A DNA stretch of 64,000 nucleotides from Chara braunii (taxonomy: Eukaryota; Plantae; Charophyceae), in NCBI GenBank assembly GCA_003427395.1, contig BFEA01000002.1, positions 2,192,647 through 2,256,646 of the forward strand, given 5' to 3'. The notes under the pieces were generated by a model. The model was not told where the DNA came from and did no database searches. It saw only the letters and a program-made list of their open reading frames with translations. Position numbers and translations under genes: made by a program. Below are positions 27,094 to 40,798 of the stretch, one piece after another. Position 1 is the first letter of the stretch; each line of letters starts with the position of its first letter.

Positions 27094-27211
27094 GGGCATA
27101 CTCACAAAAACTGTTTTACTTATTTCTGGACGTAATCGCGGTCAGATACAAAGAGGTCTGGCCGAAAATGGGATCATATACATTTAAGATAGAGCACGTG
27201 TGAGTACGCCC
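27094..27211. mobile_element. MITE, GGGCATACTCACA TIR family (118 bp)
   Basis: TCA|GGGCATACTCACA...TGTGAGTACGCCC|TCA. Confidence 0.85.
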
Positions 27212-27545
27212 TCAGACTCTGATAAACGAATCTGGTCTTTCCTGGATCTCTTAGGAAGTAGACCACCACTCCCGTGGACGTCGAAAAATTGGCTTTCCGG
27301 GACCTTTGGCGGCAATTCAAGCGGAGGTCGGCGAAAAATGAAAAAGGAAAAAGCGTGAACTTTGATGATTTTTTGCGCTCGGAAGAATAAACCAAAAAAT
27401 CTGATAATTTGAGATCCGGGAGATTCGGTCGAGTGATCTTTTTGGGAAAAATAATAGAAAAAAAATTGAAATTGTTTAAGACGGTGAAATACTCGCCGCG
27501 CCGATTTGTTGCATTTTCCTTTTTTTTTGCCACCCTGCCACCTGT

Positions 27546-27905
27546 GGGCCAGCGGCCTAGCTCAGTTGGCAAGGCACGAAGTGGCATTCAGGAGGTCTTG
27601 GGTTCAATCCCCATTGGCCTCATGCACCTTCCTGGGCAAGCTTGGCGCCCGCCACCTAGAGATATGCCGTTGGTCCCCCCGAGTGGCACTGAGCAGAGAC
27701 TGCTGATGTTCATAGGGGAGGGGGACCGGAGGGGAGGCACAGTGACTGGCCCATCGAAGAAGCTNGGTCCTGATGCTACCGGCTGACCCCTGGCCGGTAT
27801 CGCCCACCTGCTGTAGCAGGTATCACACCTGCTGGTGGGTGCAGCTCCCGCATGTTCCCTCGTTGGAGGCTTGAGCACGGATGTGGCTGCTACGGGGTTC
27901 CCCGT
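27546..27905 (+). mobile_element. tRNA-derived SINE
   Basis: GGGCCAGCGGCCTAGCTCAGTTGG...GGTTCAATCCC A/B boxes. The 3' part recurs at ~33860-33945. Confidence 0.75.
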
Positions 27906-28858
27906 AATACTATAATGACAATAATAAAGGCCTGAAAGGCCGTCCTGTCCAGATTTGACAGGTAATTGAATTGGTTGGGCTTAAAGAATTAGCCTTAAAA
28001 AGAAAAAAAAAGTACTCCAACTTCAGCGATTTTTCACGCTCAGAATAATGTTCAGAAAAATCTGAAAATTTCAGATCCAGTAGATTTGTTCGTGATCTTT
28101 CCAGGAAAAACATCACAAAAAGAAATAAAAAAAAATTTAGGCAGTGAAATAATGGTTGCATCGATTCGGTGGAAATTCCATTTTTGCCACTCTAGCAGTT
28201 CTCCACACTATGGTACCAGTAGCCCTCATGAACCTGTGCTACCAGTCCCCCAAATTTTTTAGTGGTGGGGGGAGCGGTGGTTTAATCCGTACTCACGCAT
28301 TCCGGTCAGACATGGGTGCATCTGACTGTAAACATCTAGAGCTCATTGAAAATGTCCCAATGTGAGTATGCCGCAGAATTTTGAAGGAAGCTCTCTTTGC
28401 ACTGGCATCACCAGTGGAGGATTTTTATTTTATTATTATTATTATTTTTTTGTTGAAAGAATTGGGCTTCATTGAAAAGCCCCCCAAAATGCCCAAAATT
28501 CTCTTCCGAGGGTTCGTCATCCTCTGGATTGCATTCAGTCCAGTTTAATAAAAAAAAAAAGACTTTTGAGAGGGTCTGGCGGCGGACCATCAGAAGAGAA
28601 ATTTTGGCATTTTTTGGCTGGGCTGGGCCGTTGCCCGGCCAGGCATGCCCTGGCCAGCTGGGCCGGTGGGGATCACCTGGCAAAACCAGGCGGGTCAAAA
28701 AAGAGAGAAGGATCTCTGAAAGAAAGAAACTGCCTTCAGGCCAGGACTGCGCTCGGCCTGAGCAGTCAGAATCCGGCATAACATTCCATTTCGGTGGTGG
28801 GTCACCCAGGAGTGTTTGGGGGGTATAAAGTTACTCTAACAGTGACTAGAGGGTATAT

Positions 28859-29455
28859 CATGGCTACGATCTGGACGTCCGGACTGCCGTCTGGACGGTC
28901 TGGATTCAGTCCGGAATCCAGACATCCGGTCTGGAAGGTGCGGATATGGCAAATTTCGAGGAAAAAAAAAAAAAAAAAAAAAACGGTCCAGGTCCCTTCC
29001 CCATTGAGGAGCCAAGCCCCCAAATTTTTTTTGGGGGGTTTTCAGGCCCGTTTATGTTTTTCTGGGGGGTCCGGACATGCTCTCTCTCTATAGTAATTTA
29101 TTAGACAACCCCAAATTTTTAATTATTAATAATTTTATTAGTTTTTAAAGTCTTTTCTTAAGCTTTTTATAGTTTTTGACTTTTAACTCGAGTTTGGTTA
29201 GGAATTCTGACATGACTCTGAGGCAAAAGTGGTTTGCATTGTTATTCTGCATAACATACTTTTTTTTCAGATTTTTTTTTTTTTTTTTTTTTAATGGTCN
29301 GGACATTTCCGGACCTGTCCAGACNTCCGGACCGTCTGGATCCCCCCATGTCCGGAGGTCCGGAAATGTCCGGAATTCCGGACGTCCGGAAACTACCGGA
29401 CACGGGTCCGGTTCCATGTCCGGAAATGTCGGGGTCCGGGTCCGGCGTAGTCATG
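28859..29455. mobile_element. Non-autonomous hAT-like element
   Basis: 8-bp TSD GGGTATAT (28851-58 and 29456-63), TIR CATGGCTACG/CGTAGTCATG, and many subterminal TCCGGA motifs. Confidence 0.88.
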
Positions 29456-31256
29456 GGGTATATCTTACCTCATTTCTCCTCATTTATTTTTATCTTAAAT
29501 TAATAAGGAATTTGGAGGGGACCCTCAGCCAAAAGTTGCTTGTACTGCAATTTCATACAACATATTGTTTTTCCAGTTTTTTTTTTTTTTTTAATTTTTT
29601 ATATTGTGCGCTGGGGCTGCCGGGGACCATTCCCGGCGACTGCCCGGCCCGGGCCGCCCGGGAGGGTACCCAGGCGACCTTCCCCTAGCCGGGCTGCCTG
29701 GGGACCAGCCTAGTTTTTTGGGCCTTAAAAAAAGAAAAAGAAGGCTTTTCATCGGAGCCCAAGTTCGTTCAACCAAAAAAAGCCTCCATTTTCATGAAAT
29801 GACATTTCGTGTGTGAGTATGCCCTTTGAGGTGGAGAGAGTTCCTGAAGTGTTGACTTCCGACTCTTTTTTTTTTTTTTTTTTGACTTCCGACAATTTGC
29901 CTTGGCTCTCCTCTCCTTGTTCAGTTGTCTTGTTTTTTTTTTTGTGCAAATAGAGATGTGTACCGGGACACTTTTGAACGTGTCCCAACCAGCCATTTTT
30001 TTTTCTGACATGGCTTGCATGCTGCTGCAACTTTCGGCGGTCGGCAGCCAGAGCAAAATGTTTGGCGGCGCCAGCTAAAATGAGGCCCATGCTGGCTCGT
30101 TTTCTCTGGCGCGCACGGCATTTGGAGTCCCACACAAGTGGCTCTGAAGTACTGGTGGTTCAAACAGAACTGGGTTATTGACAGGAACAATGCGGGCTTC
30201 TAGACATAACCGGGCTTTTGACGTGGGGAAAGATTCGCATCTCGCATCACACAGTGCATTTGGCATCACCACTTTTGGGTGGGTAGGGCGGTCGACCGTT
30301 TTTGTCTCAATTTTCAATGAGAATTGATGAGGGAAAACTCTGTGGGCAATGCGTTGCTGGTTTTCTTCACTAAGCTACTTGCTGCACCACTTGCCAAATG
30401 TGAAAAATGGTGTTCTCTATCGTTCCAATTTTGAAACACCACTGCCGTGACTCTTCCTCCGAAACCTGTGGCCGTTAACACGTATGTAGTGCTTTTTTGT
30501 ACGGGCCTGGCGGCGGCGGGCTGGATTTGTCTGGGAGAGGAAAATTCAAAGATTCGAAGGAAACCTATCTCTGCCTTTGTTCACTACATTTCTTTTGTTC
30601 AGCTTAAACCGCCAGCACATTTCGCCGCTTGAAAAAAAATACTGCGGCACGTTACCCGGAAGTTCAGCGGGGAATTGAAATGGCTGGTGCCGCCAGCCAG
30701 ATACATCCGTGTCAGTTCGTTTTTCTTTGGTGCGCAGGGCGAATTCAGGCCCGCGGCTGATGTATGGGAAAGGTACTGGTGGTTTAAATGCCCCCCCCCC
30801 CCCCCCTCCTGCATGAAACGTCAAAGTGGCAAGCCACAATTCATGGCCTTTAAAGATAGTTTTTTCTTTGGGCTTTTGAAGAACGAACAAAATTGTTATG
30901 AAAGAGTTTCGGGAGCAAGAATGCATGCTCGCACTGATGGTCTACCAGTACCTTTCTGTGCTTGAAAAACAAAAGCGCGGCGGTTAACACGGAGGTACAG
31001 GCCCGCCGCAAAAGGGCTGGCAGCGGCGGGCAGGTGCATCTGTGTGGAAACGTTTTTTAGCGGCACGCAGGGCAATTTCGGGCCTGCGGCCGATATATGA
31101 GAAAGGTACCGGTTGTTTAACAGTATCTCACTGCATTAGAGGTTAGTGTTTTGATGACTGGGCCATGTAATAATAACTGCGTGCTTGTGCTTGCACTTTC
31201 CTTGCTGTATATGACAACAACAATGACCCTGCGCACTTGGGAATGTCCTAGTTTCA

Positions 31257-31376
31257 GGACATGCCCACACAAGACTTTTTCAACTCATCTGTAGATGAGA
31301 TTGAGGTCAGATGCATCCAGGCGTAACCGGAAAAACGGTCAGATACATCCAGGGAAGTCCTAGTGTGAGTATGGCC
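31257..31376. mobile_element. MITE, GGGCATACTCACA TIR family
   Basis: TCA|GGACATGCCCACAC...GTGTGAGTATGGCC|TCA, with the internal ggtcagatgcatcc motif shared with other copies. Confidence 0.75.
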
Positions 31377-31496
31377 TCAGTTTGCTCTAAGTTAGAAACC
31401 ATACGTCCCTGTTTTTGGAAGCTTTTGATATTGTCTTTTCCCTTTAGCAGTCTGAAATACCCATCTTTCCCCATCCTTTCCCCGTCTCCTATGTCC

Positions 31497-31534
31497 CTGT
31501 CTCTTATACACATCTAGATGTGTATAAGAGACAG
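31497..31534. other. Nextera mate-pair junction adapter (assembly artefact)
   Basis: Same exact 38-mer. Confidence 0.97.
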
Positions 31535-32543
31535 CTTTTCCCCTCTCCTACTTCCCTCCTGACCCCCACACCCTCAAATAGAGAACGCATTGACCTCATT
31601 TCCCCAAACCCGAAACGGTTTCGTATAGCCTCTGTGCCCCCAGGTGGATGGCTGTTGTATTAAACCGCATCACAGCTGGCGCCCCAATAAAATGGGTGTG
31701 TAGAAGGGGGTGGCAAGATCCCAGGTGCAGAAGTGGGCGGCGAGTCAAACTGTGGGTGAGGTGTGGCGTTCACCCGACCCCTTATCGCGCACCTCGTCCT
31801 ATACCTGGAACCTGCCTTCGCGCTAGCGACGCTGCTGCTGATGCACGTGCAGGACGCTGATTTGGCCCAAGATCCCGGCGTGTGGGCCCTCCAATAATTC
31901 TGAGCTGTGGTGGGGTGATGAGAGTCCCACGTTGCTGGAGCCATGCGGGAATCAGTCGATCTTCAGCGGTTACTGGCAACGACTGCAACGAGGATATGTT
32001 GGCAATCTCCTTTGGCAATAATTTCCAAAAAGTGTCGTGATGTAGGGTAATTTCCTCTGCGCCTGGGAAAAATATTAGAAATGTGAAAAATATGGCGCAA
32101 ACTGAATGGGTATAGTTTGCCCTTCTCTCTGTGACCTGGGCGAGGGTCGGTGTAAAATCAGGTTGGACAGAGTAGGTTCTGCGGACCTGGTGGCTTGAAG
32201 TTCTGGTAGGTTGGTGAGCAAAATGTGCCACTAGTTAGAAAATTGTCAGAGGTCTGCACAAGGGTGTTTCTGACTGCTGGGTTAGTGAATTTTTGCTGTA
32301 GAAAAAACATGGCAAGATGTGTTCCCCATTTTCTCAATGGGACAATGGTGGAAAGAGGCCCACCAGTACTTCCGGGCCTCTTTTTCCCAAACTGAATTTC
32401 TGCTGTGCGCCAATAGAAAACAAACCAGCCCGGGCGCATTACCCCCCCTTCCCTCCCCTCCCCCCCCCCCCCCCCCCCCCCCCTCTTTTTTTTTTGTGCC
32501 TGATGCCACCAGTCATTTCAGTCTGGTAGGCCGAACACCTTAA

Positions 32544-32693
32544 ACCACCAGTACTTGGCCCAGCTATCCGCCGCGGGAAAAGATAGAGTAGAAACGTTTC
32601 CTGTCGGATGAATTTGGGCGCTCCTGTAGTAGCCCGTACTTTTCCTAAAATCGTGGCGCGTTAATGGGCACGGCTCTAGGAAGTACTGGTGGT
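32544..32693. mobile_element. MITE with TTAA (or TA) target, TIR ACCACCAGTACTT
   Basis: TTAA|ACCACCAGTACTT...AAGTACTGGTGGT|TTAA. A close copy lies at 48768-48902 and diverged copies at ~30608-30784, ~30985-31118 and ~46415-46570. Confidence 0.85.
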
Positions 32694-33801
32694 TTAAGGT
32701 CACTGCTGCCCATTGGAACAAATGGCTGGGAAAAGTACTGCTGGTTTAATGCACCTGCGGTTCAGACCTCCATTTCCCCAATGGTGAATTTTGCTTCCCT
32801 CCCCTCCCACCCTCACCTGGATTACTGAACCGTTGCCGGGATGAAGCCTGGTGGGGGTGGTCGTATGTGTTGCATTTGCACCGGGTTTTTTCTGACAGGG
32901 AACCCGGAAAACTGTTTTATCTGATTTTTCAAATAGTTTTTCCTTTATTCAGCAGCATGTAATCTACCACCACAAAGTTTTCAGTTTTTTTCTTCTAGTT
33001 GTTGAAGGAGATGAGAGTGAAAATTGCCAAAGTGGGAGCATTGTAAAAATTTCCTTGGGGCCACTGGCTCTGATAGACCAAGCCTCTCTGGGACCCCGAG
33101 TTAACCTGTGGGTGCATGCAGAAAGGCCGGCCCTGCGGAGGAGTGAGGACTAAAACAAAAAAAAAAGGAGTGGGAAAGACAAAAAAAGCAGATGACATTC
33201 ACTTTCTGGCTGGAGATAGACACAGCATTTTTTTCAGATTTGGCGAGTGAACAGGGAGGCTTAATGTCACTTTTGTTTGGAATGCACACAGACGTCTAGC
33301 AAACTGACATTATTTTTCATCGCTATTTTTAGCACCCCTTTCCTTTTGCAGCTGGGCAATGCTGGTTGTGCTTACTAATAAAGAACGAAATATTGGCCTC
33401 CACATGAAAAAGGCAGTAGTGAACCAGCATCTTTGGAGTTGGGGTTGCCTACAAACAGCCCTTGAGGGCGTTGGCCCTAGCCTTATTCTGAGGGCATACT
33501 CACACTAGAACTTTGTATGGGGCTGTAATATCGGTCAGATGCATCCAAGAAAGTGCTACGAGGCACATAATTGAGCCAGATGCATGGATGAGCTCTCCAG
33601 ATGCAAGTCAAGTTGGTACTGTTGAGGTACATGTCAGCATTCCTAAACCTTGTCAAGAGCAGACAGCCTTCGTTTGATGACTTCTCTTTCTTTTGTTCTT
33701 CTGCCCTTGTCCATTCATCATTTCCCTTTTTTCCCCTGATCTTTTGTTCTGTCGCCGTGTTTTTTTTTTGTTTTTTGTTGTTTTTTAATTTTATTTAATT
33801 C

Positions 33802-33865
33802 GGACCATTTCTCGATTTATGCGTGACATCCTTGCGCAAAGGCCATGCTAATCTTCGTTGTATCG
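33802..33865 (-). pseudogene. 5'-truncated U6 copy with A-rich tail
   Basis: Minus strand GATACAACGAAGATTAGCATGGCCTTTGCGCAAGGATGTCACGCATAAATCGAGAAATGGTCC, then an A-rich run. Confidence 0.85.
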
Positions 33866-34424
33866 CCCACCTGCAGGTCGGGAGCAGCCCCTGCATGTTC
33901 TCTCTTGAACACGGTTCTGGCTGCTATGGGGTTCCCTGTATGCCTGCAATTAGGAGTAGTGGTAGGTAGGTAGGTAGTGTGAGGTTAACAGATGTCCTGA
34001 AGGACTGATCATTTCCCTTTTTGCCCATTTGACCTTTGGAGAATTGTCATTGGTGATGGTGTTGCTCCCCACCAACAGATGGAGCGGCCCGCCAGGCAAA
34101 GCCTCAATCCCGGTGGTTCTCTTATCACCACCAGGATAGAGGTCTTGCACAAGGGCCTAATTAAAAGAAAAAAAGAAAAAAGAAAAAAGAAAAAATTTGT
34201 AACAAATCACTCCTGAGGAGGACCATAAGGTGGGCTTATCGGCTGCCGGCAGGAAAGATAAAATTTAGAAACAACTACGTCTGAGTCATGGTTTGAGTTC
34301 CGAATAGGGGGAAAAGGAAAAAAGAAAACACTAAATGCAGTTTTGTTGCGGCGGCAGTTTGGAATAAGCAAAAGTAGCAAAAATAGCCGTTTTTTTGTTT
34401 TTTCTTTGTTTTTTGGGGTAACTA

Positions 34425-34724
34425 GGGCGCAGTCACGAAAGCAGTTTGTAAATGCATTTCAAACTGCCTCTTTGGAGTCCAGTACGGTCTCGAGTTTCAA
34501 CTCCAGTTGAAACTCTTGACATGCACAAAACTCGCAAGGCCGAGTTTGCAACTGCAGTCCAGTCCGGCATGTGGCTTTTTTTTTTTTTTTTTTTTTTAAA
34601 TCTCGGCCGTGGCACGTGACGAGATGCTCTCCCTCTCTCTGTTTTTTTTTTTTTTTTTTTTTTTCCTCGGATGTGGCCGAGGCTCGGGGGCCTGCGCGGC
34701 CTCGCCGGGGGGGAAGATTAAACC

Positions 34725-34756
<32 letters not shown>

Positions 34757-35411
34757 GCCTTCCATCTTTCCATGTTCTAGCGGAAGATTCACTCTCATTT
34801 TGCACATTTCGAGAGTAGTGGAGCGAGGGGGGCTCCACTACTCTCGAAATGTGCAAAACGAGAGTGAATCTTCTGCTAGAACATGGAAAGATGCACCACC
34901 ACGAGGCCCCAAGGATGACACACAGAGGTCGGGAAATATGAGAAGGAAAAACAAAAGAGAAAAAAAAAAAGAAAAGAAACTGGGTTGTTGTCAGCACCTG
35001 TATCCCCTAGGGCCTCTGCATTGTTGTCAGCCCGTGTATCTCGTTGGGCCCCTGTATCCCCGTTCAACAAAAGACAAAAAATCATGGCGCTGTATCTTTC
35101 CATGTTCTAGCGAAGATTCACTCTCGTTTTTCACATTTCGAGAACAATGGTGGAAACTAAGAGTGAATCTGCCGCTAGAACATGGAAAGATACAGCGCCA
35201 CGATCTTTTTTTTTTTTCTTCTTGTTTCTTTTTTTTTTTTTTGGAAAACGGCCTGGCCCTCCGACGTGGATGACTAGACTGCAGTTACAAACTTCACCCT
35301 GCGACAGCCACGCGACGGAGGAGTTTGGCCTGCAGTGTAAACTTTAGAGGGGACTGGACTCCAAAACGGCAGTTTGAAACGTATTTTCAAACTCTAACCC
35401 TGACCGCGCCC
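34425..35411. mobile_element. Fold-back/TIR element with long inverted ends and nested palindromes
   Basis: GGGCGCAGTCA...TGACCGCGCCC termini with >100-bp imperfect arms. Internal palindromes at ~34760-34895 and ~35085-35200. Confidence 0.7.
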
Positions 35412-36049
35412 TAGTTTTCTCTTGTTTTTTTTGTTGTTGTTTCTGCACTGCCGCCCTCTGCAAACCACGGGCTGACCATGTAAAAATGACATCCAACTTT
35501 ATCAGAAACTGTCGTGCTGCTTTTATTGCCTTTTCAAACTTGCCGCGTGAGTGACCTGTTGGTACCTGTTTGCTCTTTTTTTTTTTTGCCTATCCCGAAC
35601 TCATTTGTGCAGGCATAGTTGGGTCTAAAATTTAATGATAGTACTATTGCGCTCTCCCCTTCAGGTAGGTAAGACCCAGAGCCAATCCAGCCTAAAAGTA
35701 AACAATCTGCCAAGACAACTTTTCTCAGAGCTAACCATGCTAATGGTACAGCTGGCAGGATTGATAACTTCCAAAAGGATGGATAAGCTGCCAGCCCCGC
35801 AACTCACGGTTCACTTTCGAAGTTGAGTTTCAAATCGCCCACCTTCTAAATTATGCCATGATAGACAGCAAAAAGCCCTCCTCCCTCTCCCACGTTCAAA
35901 ACAGTTCAGCAGCAGCCTCTCCCTTACCCGCCACCTAACCATTGGCGCTTGCAAACAGGAGGAAAAGAGAGGAGGGCAATCACATCAAGACGGCTGGGCA
36001 AATCAAACCACCTCTCCCCTCGTCCAAACATGAAAAAGAGACGTCCTTG

Positions 36050-37170
36050 TAGTTTATTTCTTATTTATTTATTAAATCGGGCCCAGTGCCCAAGGCTGAT
36101 ATTCCGAATGATAAGAACGAGGCCGGGGTCCTCACAGTCTACCCGGTTATGTGCTTGCCTGGTAGCCTTATCCAGTTTCGCTTTTTAACAAAACCCAAAG
36201 GGACTTTGATTCAAAAAAATACGACCAGAACTATCACGAGTAAGATGACTGCCTCTTCAGAATTATATGAGCCGCCAGATCTAATCATGACACAATGAGC
36301 TAGATGCACCTTACTCTCATTTTTACTGCTTAGATAATAGAATATTCAACAGCACAATTGTATGCAGGCTTTTCTTGCAGTTTCCACCCCGTACCATTGA
36401 AGATCAACTAAAGCCAGATCCGAGGGTGGGAAAAAGTCAGGAAATAAATCCGGGGATCTCAAGGAAGCTCCTGGTTGAATATCAAGCCAGCTGTTGAAAA
36501 CGATGTAATAGTCCCTCTTGAATTCTGCATCTCCTTTCCCACCAGGCCATTGATTACCTCTAAACTCTCCCCTGATGCATCCCCTAGCCAGTTAATTTGA
36601 AATTTGTGCATACTTTTTGTACTGTCTTGTTTTTGAATCAGTGATTTGATTATAATTTTGTCTTTGCACCATTGTGCTCTGATTTCCGTTTCAACAAAAT
36701 TTTGGACTATATCAGTGACTTCGTGGCCCTCAATTCTTACCCCTGCCCAAGACAAAACACACCTTCTGAACCACAAAGCCCAAAGTAATGCTTTCCAGTA
36801 TGTACCTTCCCCACTAGAGTCTAGCACACACCTCACATCAAAATGTCAAAGGGGATTTTGTCATTTGCACTTCTCAAACTGTCCTAACCATAGCCGATAT
36901 TGTGGGTGTTCATAACTCAAGCCATATGACAAGAAACTCTCAATTGTATTACTTCCATCAATGCACTCATACCTAACTCAAGCCATATGACAAAGAAGCT
37001 CTCCATATCAGTGCCATAAAAGCGCTCATACTTTACAGGCTGGACATTAATTGAATAGTCATACTGACTAAAATAACATTTCCAATCAATATTTCGAAGT
37101 GCTTCAAGTACTTGTAAACAGGTGGCTAATTGATCATTCCTTGTGATTTCAATCGATGACTTATCAATCA
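36050..37170 (-). mobile_element. 5'-truncated degenerate L1-type LINE (ORF2 C-terminus)
   Basis: KALLWALWFRRC...VQNFVETEIRAQW is homologous to the C-termini at 57505-57915, ~59220-59350 and 60271-60597. Confidence 0.75.
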
Positions 37171-39037
37171 TTCTAGTAGATACCTTTTTGTTTTCTTAAT
37201 ACTTTGGAAAGAAACTGGTAGCGGCTGCCGCTGAAGTCTCTTTTTTTTTTCCCCTTTTTTCCTCTGATACGTTGAACGCTCTGTCTATTGGTGGGGAGCT
37301 GCCCCAGTACGGCAATAAAACTAGGTTTTGAAATGCTTGCCAATCTCTCCGCCCCCGCCCTATTCATCTTTATCCTCCCATCTCAAGCAAGGGTAATCCC
37401 AGGGAATGTCCCACGTTTCCTCGGTACTGCATGGTTGCCCTTTTGCCCCATCCCGAACTGCTCTCCTCCCTCGCTTCCCTCTGATCCCTCTCCTGCTACA
37501 CTGTCGCTTGCGACCCCATGATCCTACACACACTGGTAGTTCAAGATTAAAAACTGGGCGAGGACCCCACCAGAAATACTGTGGGCACAACCATCTGCCC
37601 TGATTCAGATCGCACCACTGCATCCCTTTGTTCAGAAAAAAAGACCTCCTTATCCTCCCATCTGCCCTCAAAGACGGGAAGATTCTCTCCATTACCAACG
37701 ATTTTACGGAAATGAAATCAATTGAAGTCACCCCTGAGTCACTCCCTGCTTGGGGGAAGAGCCACTTACCTCCTCTAACCAGCATGTTGTCTTCAGCAGC
37801 GACAAGAAGCTGGTGGTCATGATGTTATCTTCATCAGGAGCATTTAGCTCCCCGCATTGCTCCCCAAGTTGAGCTTGGAACCTCCGTAGTAGGCGCCCAT
37901 GATTGGGGGGGAATGAAACCTTGTCCAAAGACCCCTTCGCCTGCCAAAATGGTGGGCAAGTAGGAAAACATAGCTCCAATAGGCTATCAGAAAACTGGTT
38001 CCATTCAGCGCTCTCAAGGGCATCATTGTTATCACCCTTGTAGCACTTGTCATGTTGGTCATCGTCATTGGTTGTATCATCCTCCAAATGCTGCAGAAGG
38101 GCAGGGGAATATTCCACACTGAATCGTCGGGGATCAGCCATCTCCACACATCAACGACGGGGGCAACATCGACTCCAGCCATTGAAACTAAGACCAGCTG
38201 TTTCAAGAGCAAAGCAAAGACCCACGATCACAGCACTCTTATCTTTCCCAGACTCCTCTACTTTGCCCACCTCCCAACGCTACCCCCTCATCGACAGCTA
38301 GTCCCCATGAAGCGCCATAGTCACCTGCAGCTTTGACTTCATGTGATCTGCATCTGCGTCCACCGAAGCCAGCACATGCACTGCCCTGTTGTGCAGGGTA
38401 TGGGAAGACCCACCACCCAAGCGGTAGGGGCTGTCCGATATGAGATTGCGCTGCACTACCCAGTTCATGGTGCCGTCCTCGTCGCTCGGATTGGCAACTG
38501 CCCTAGCTAGAACATACTATGGGTGTACAGGATTCTAGTTGGCTCCTTCACCGCCCACACCACTTCTGCTTCCCTTACGAGGATCACCTTCGAGCTTCAT
38601 GGCCATACCAGTTCACCTCTCCACTTATTCCAGATCGTGTCCCACATGTCCCGATTATGGTGGCCCTGTGCCAGGCCTACTAGAGAGAGATGCTCATACC
38701 ACTCCCTCGAGCAGATCGATGCTGGTTAAAAAAAAGACAAAAAAAAACGAAAGGATATCCTCTCGGCAAAGAATTTTCATGCCTACGCTTCCCACATTTT
38801 TTGCATGCCCAAGATTCCAGTTTTGACCTCTTTGAATGTTGCATAAACTCCTTGGCAACGACCCATTACAGCACTGTGAGTGCCTTCTGTCCGAACTCCA
38901 TGCATAACACAGCACTGGAGATGGGATTCTCCATCACAAACCAATCGACACAGTACTACTACGGAGGAGATAAGGCCATTACCATTGGGCGATAGATGGG
39001 TTCTTTCTTTAGATGCTTTTTTTTGGTATGTGCGCGC

Positions 39038-39134
<97 letters not shown>

Positions 39135-40798
39135 AGAAAGAAGTGTGCAACTTGCCATAGATCCTTTGTCTTTCACAGTCTCTTGATGCTCTTTTGCTGC
39201 CCAACCCTAGAGGAACTGGCATGGCTGTTATGCTGTGACAATTAGGACTCGTGCAGCGTGGACTCCTGAACAGCACATTTTGGGCTGGTGGTTCTCATGG
39301 TCTCTCTTGTATCCTATTTTGTATTTCAATTTTGCCTGGATTTGGTTTTTCTTTTTGCATTTTGCACTTGAGAAGTTCGTGCACTTGTAAAGGAGAGGTC
39401 GGTAATTTCAGGGCTCTCACCACCGCCACTTTCTGGGATGACAGTTTTCAGGTGTCTCATTCTTGACTCTTCGTCTGACATTGTTTCTCCTTGGCCGACT
39501 CCTTGCTTCCTGGCAATCATGCTTACGCATGCTTTTGCTCTCTTTGCAGGCTTTCTCCCCGTGCCTCTTTTCGCACACTTTTTTTCTTCCACTTCGCATG
39601 CGTCTCTTCCCGTGTTCCCTCTGTTAACGGGTGTCGGAGTTGGGCCAAGTCCTCCACTTTTTTGTGGTCCATGCATGCATTTCCTACAGAATCCTACCGC
39701 TGGTCATTTTGCCCCTACCTACCTGCTCTTGCTGTCTCTGAGGGCTCCCTTGTTCCCCCTCCTATTCACCAAGTCTATACTCGGTCAAGATCAATTTGCT
39801 GTGTCATTTTTTGTTTGTCTGTGGATTGACTGCCCATTTGGTAGTATATAGGCCCTGTATGCAGAATCCCCTAACCGGGGCGATCAGATCCGTGCTAGGG
39901 ATCCAGAAGCTTGAACAGGCCTGACGAGCTGGTGATTCAAATGGGGTGACAGGATTGTTTATGGCATGATGTGCGTAGTGATGGACAGTTTGTATGCGGT
40001 TTTTAGTCCAGAGAGGCTGTTGGCGTGAGGTTTTCAAGAGCATAGGAACTTGGTGCTGTCCATCTCGGTGGTGATGAGTTGAAACGCGGGGAATTCGAAG
40101 CGTCTTCGTGAAGAATTTCTGAATTTGTTTGAGGCTTTGAGCTACTCTTTGCCCTTTGCGATTGTGGATTCAGTGTTGCTCTCCCTATCAGTTTGGTGCA
40201 GTGCTCACTTTGTGAAATGTGCGTGCATGTGCATGGACACGCTCTTTCCTTATTTCTTTCCCCCTTGTTCTCATTGAGTTTTGTCGTCAACGCATACGCA
40301 TGCAATTTTTTACCATGTCGACTCGTATAAATATGCCGGTTGTTTTTTCCCCTTTACTACCACCGAGCCTCTTTTTGCCGAGGTGGAGTACAACTGCGCG
40401 CCAAGCTTTTGCCGAAGCACCAGCTCGACCTTTTTGTCCTGTGTTGTTTTGGCTTTGCCGCCAGCCATTTTGGTCTGGTGGCGTCCGACCTCCGCCGGCC
40501 TCCCGTATAGGTTATATTTACGACTTCGCTGTCCAGCCTGAATGGTAGCGGTTGCTTATCACTGATTTGCATAACTTTTGCCAGAGGATGTGTGCGATTG
40601 AACGTCAGCCTGATGGCCAGAACCTTACTTGGTGGAACTTCTGTTTTGCCACGTGTGTGATCCAGCCAATTGTCACGAATGGTTTTTCATTCCTTTTTTG
40701 TTGTCTGGGCCAATTGTGAAATCCTGCATTCGATGCACTCATCCTTTGAACTCTCCCTAAGTTCTCCATTGTTAATGAGTGTATTAATGCATCTGAAT

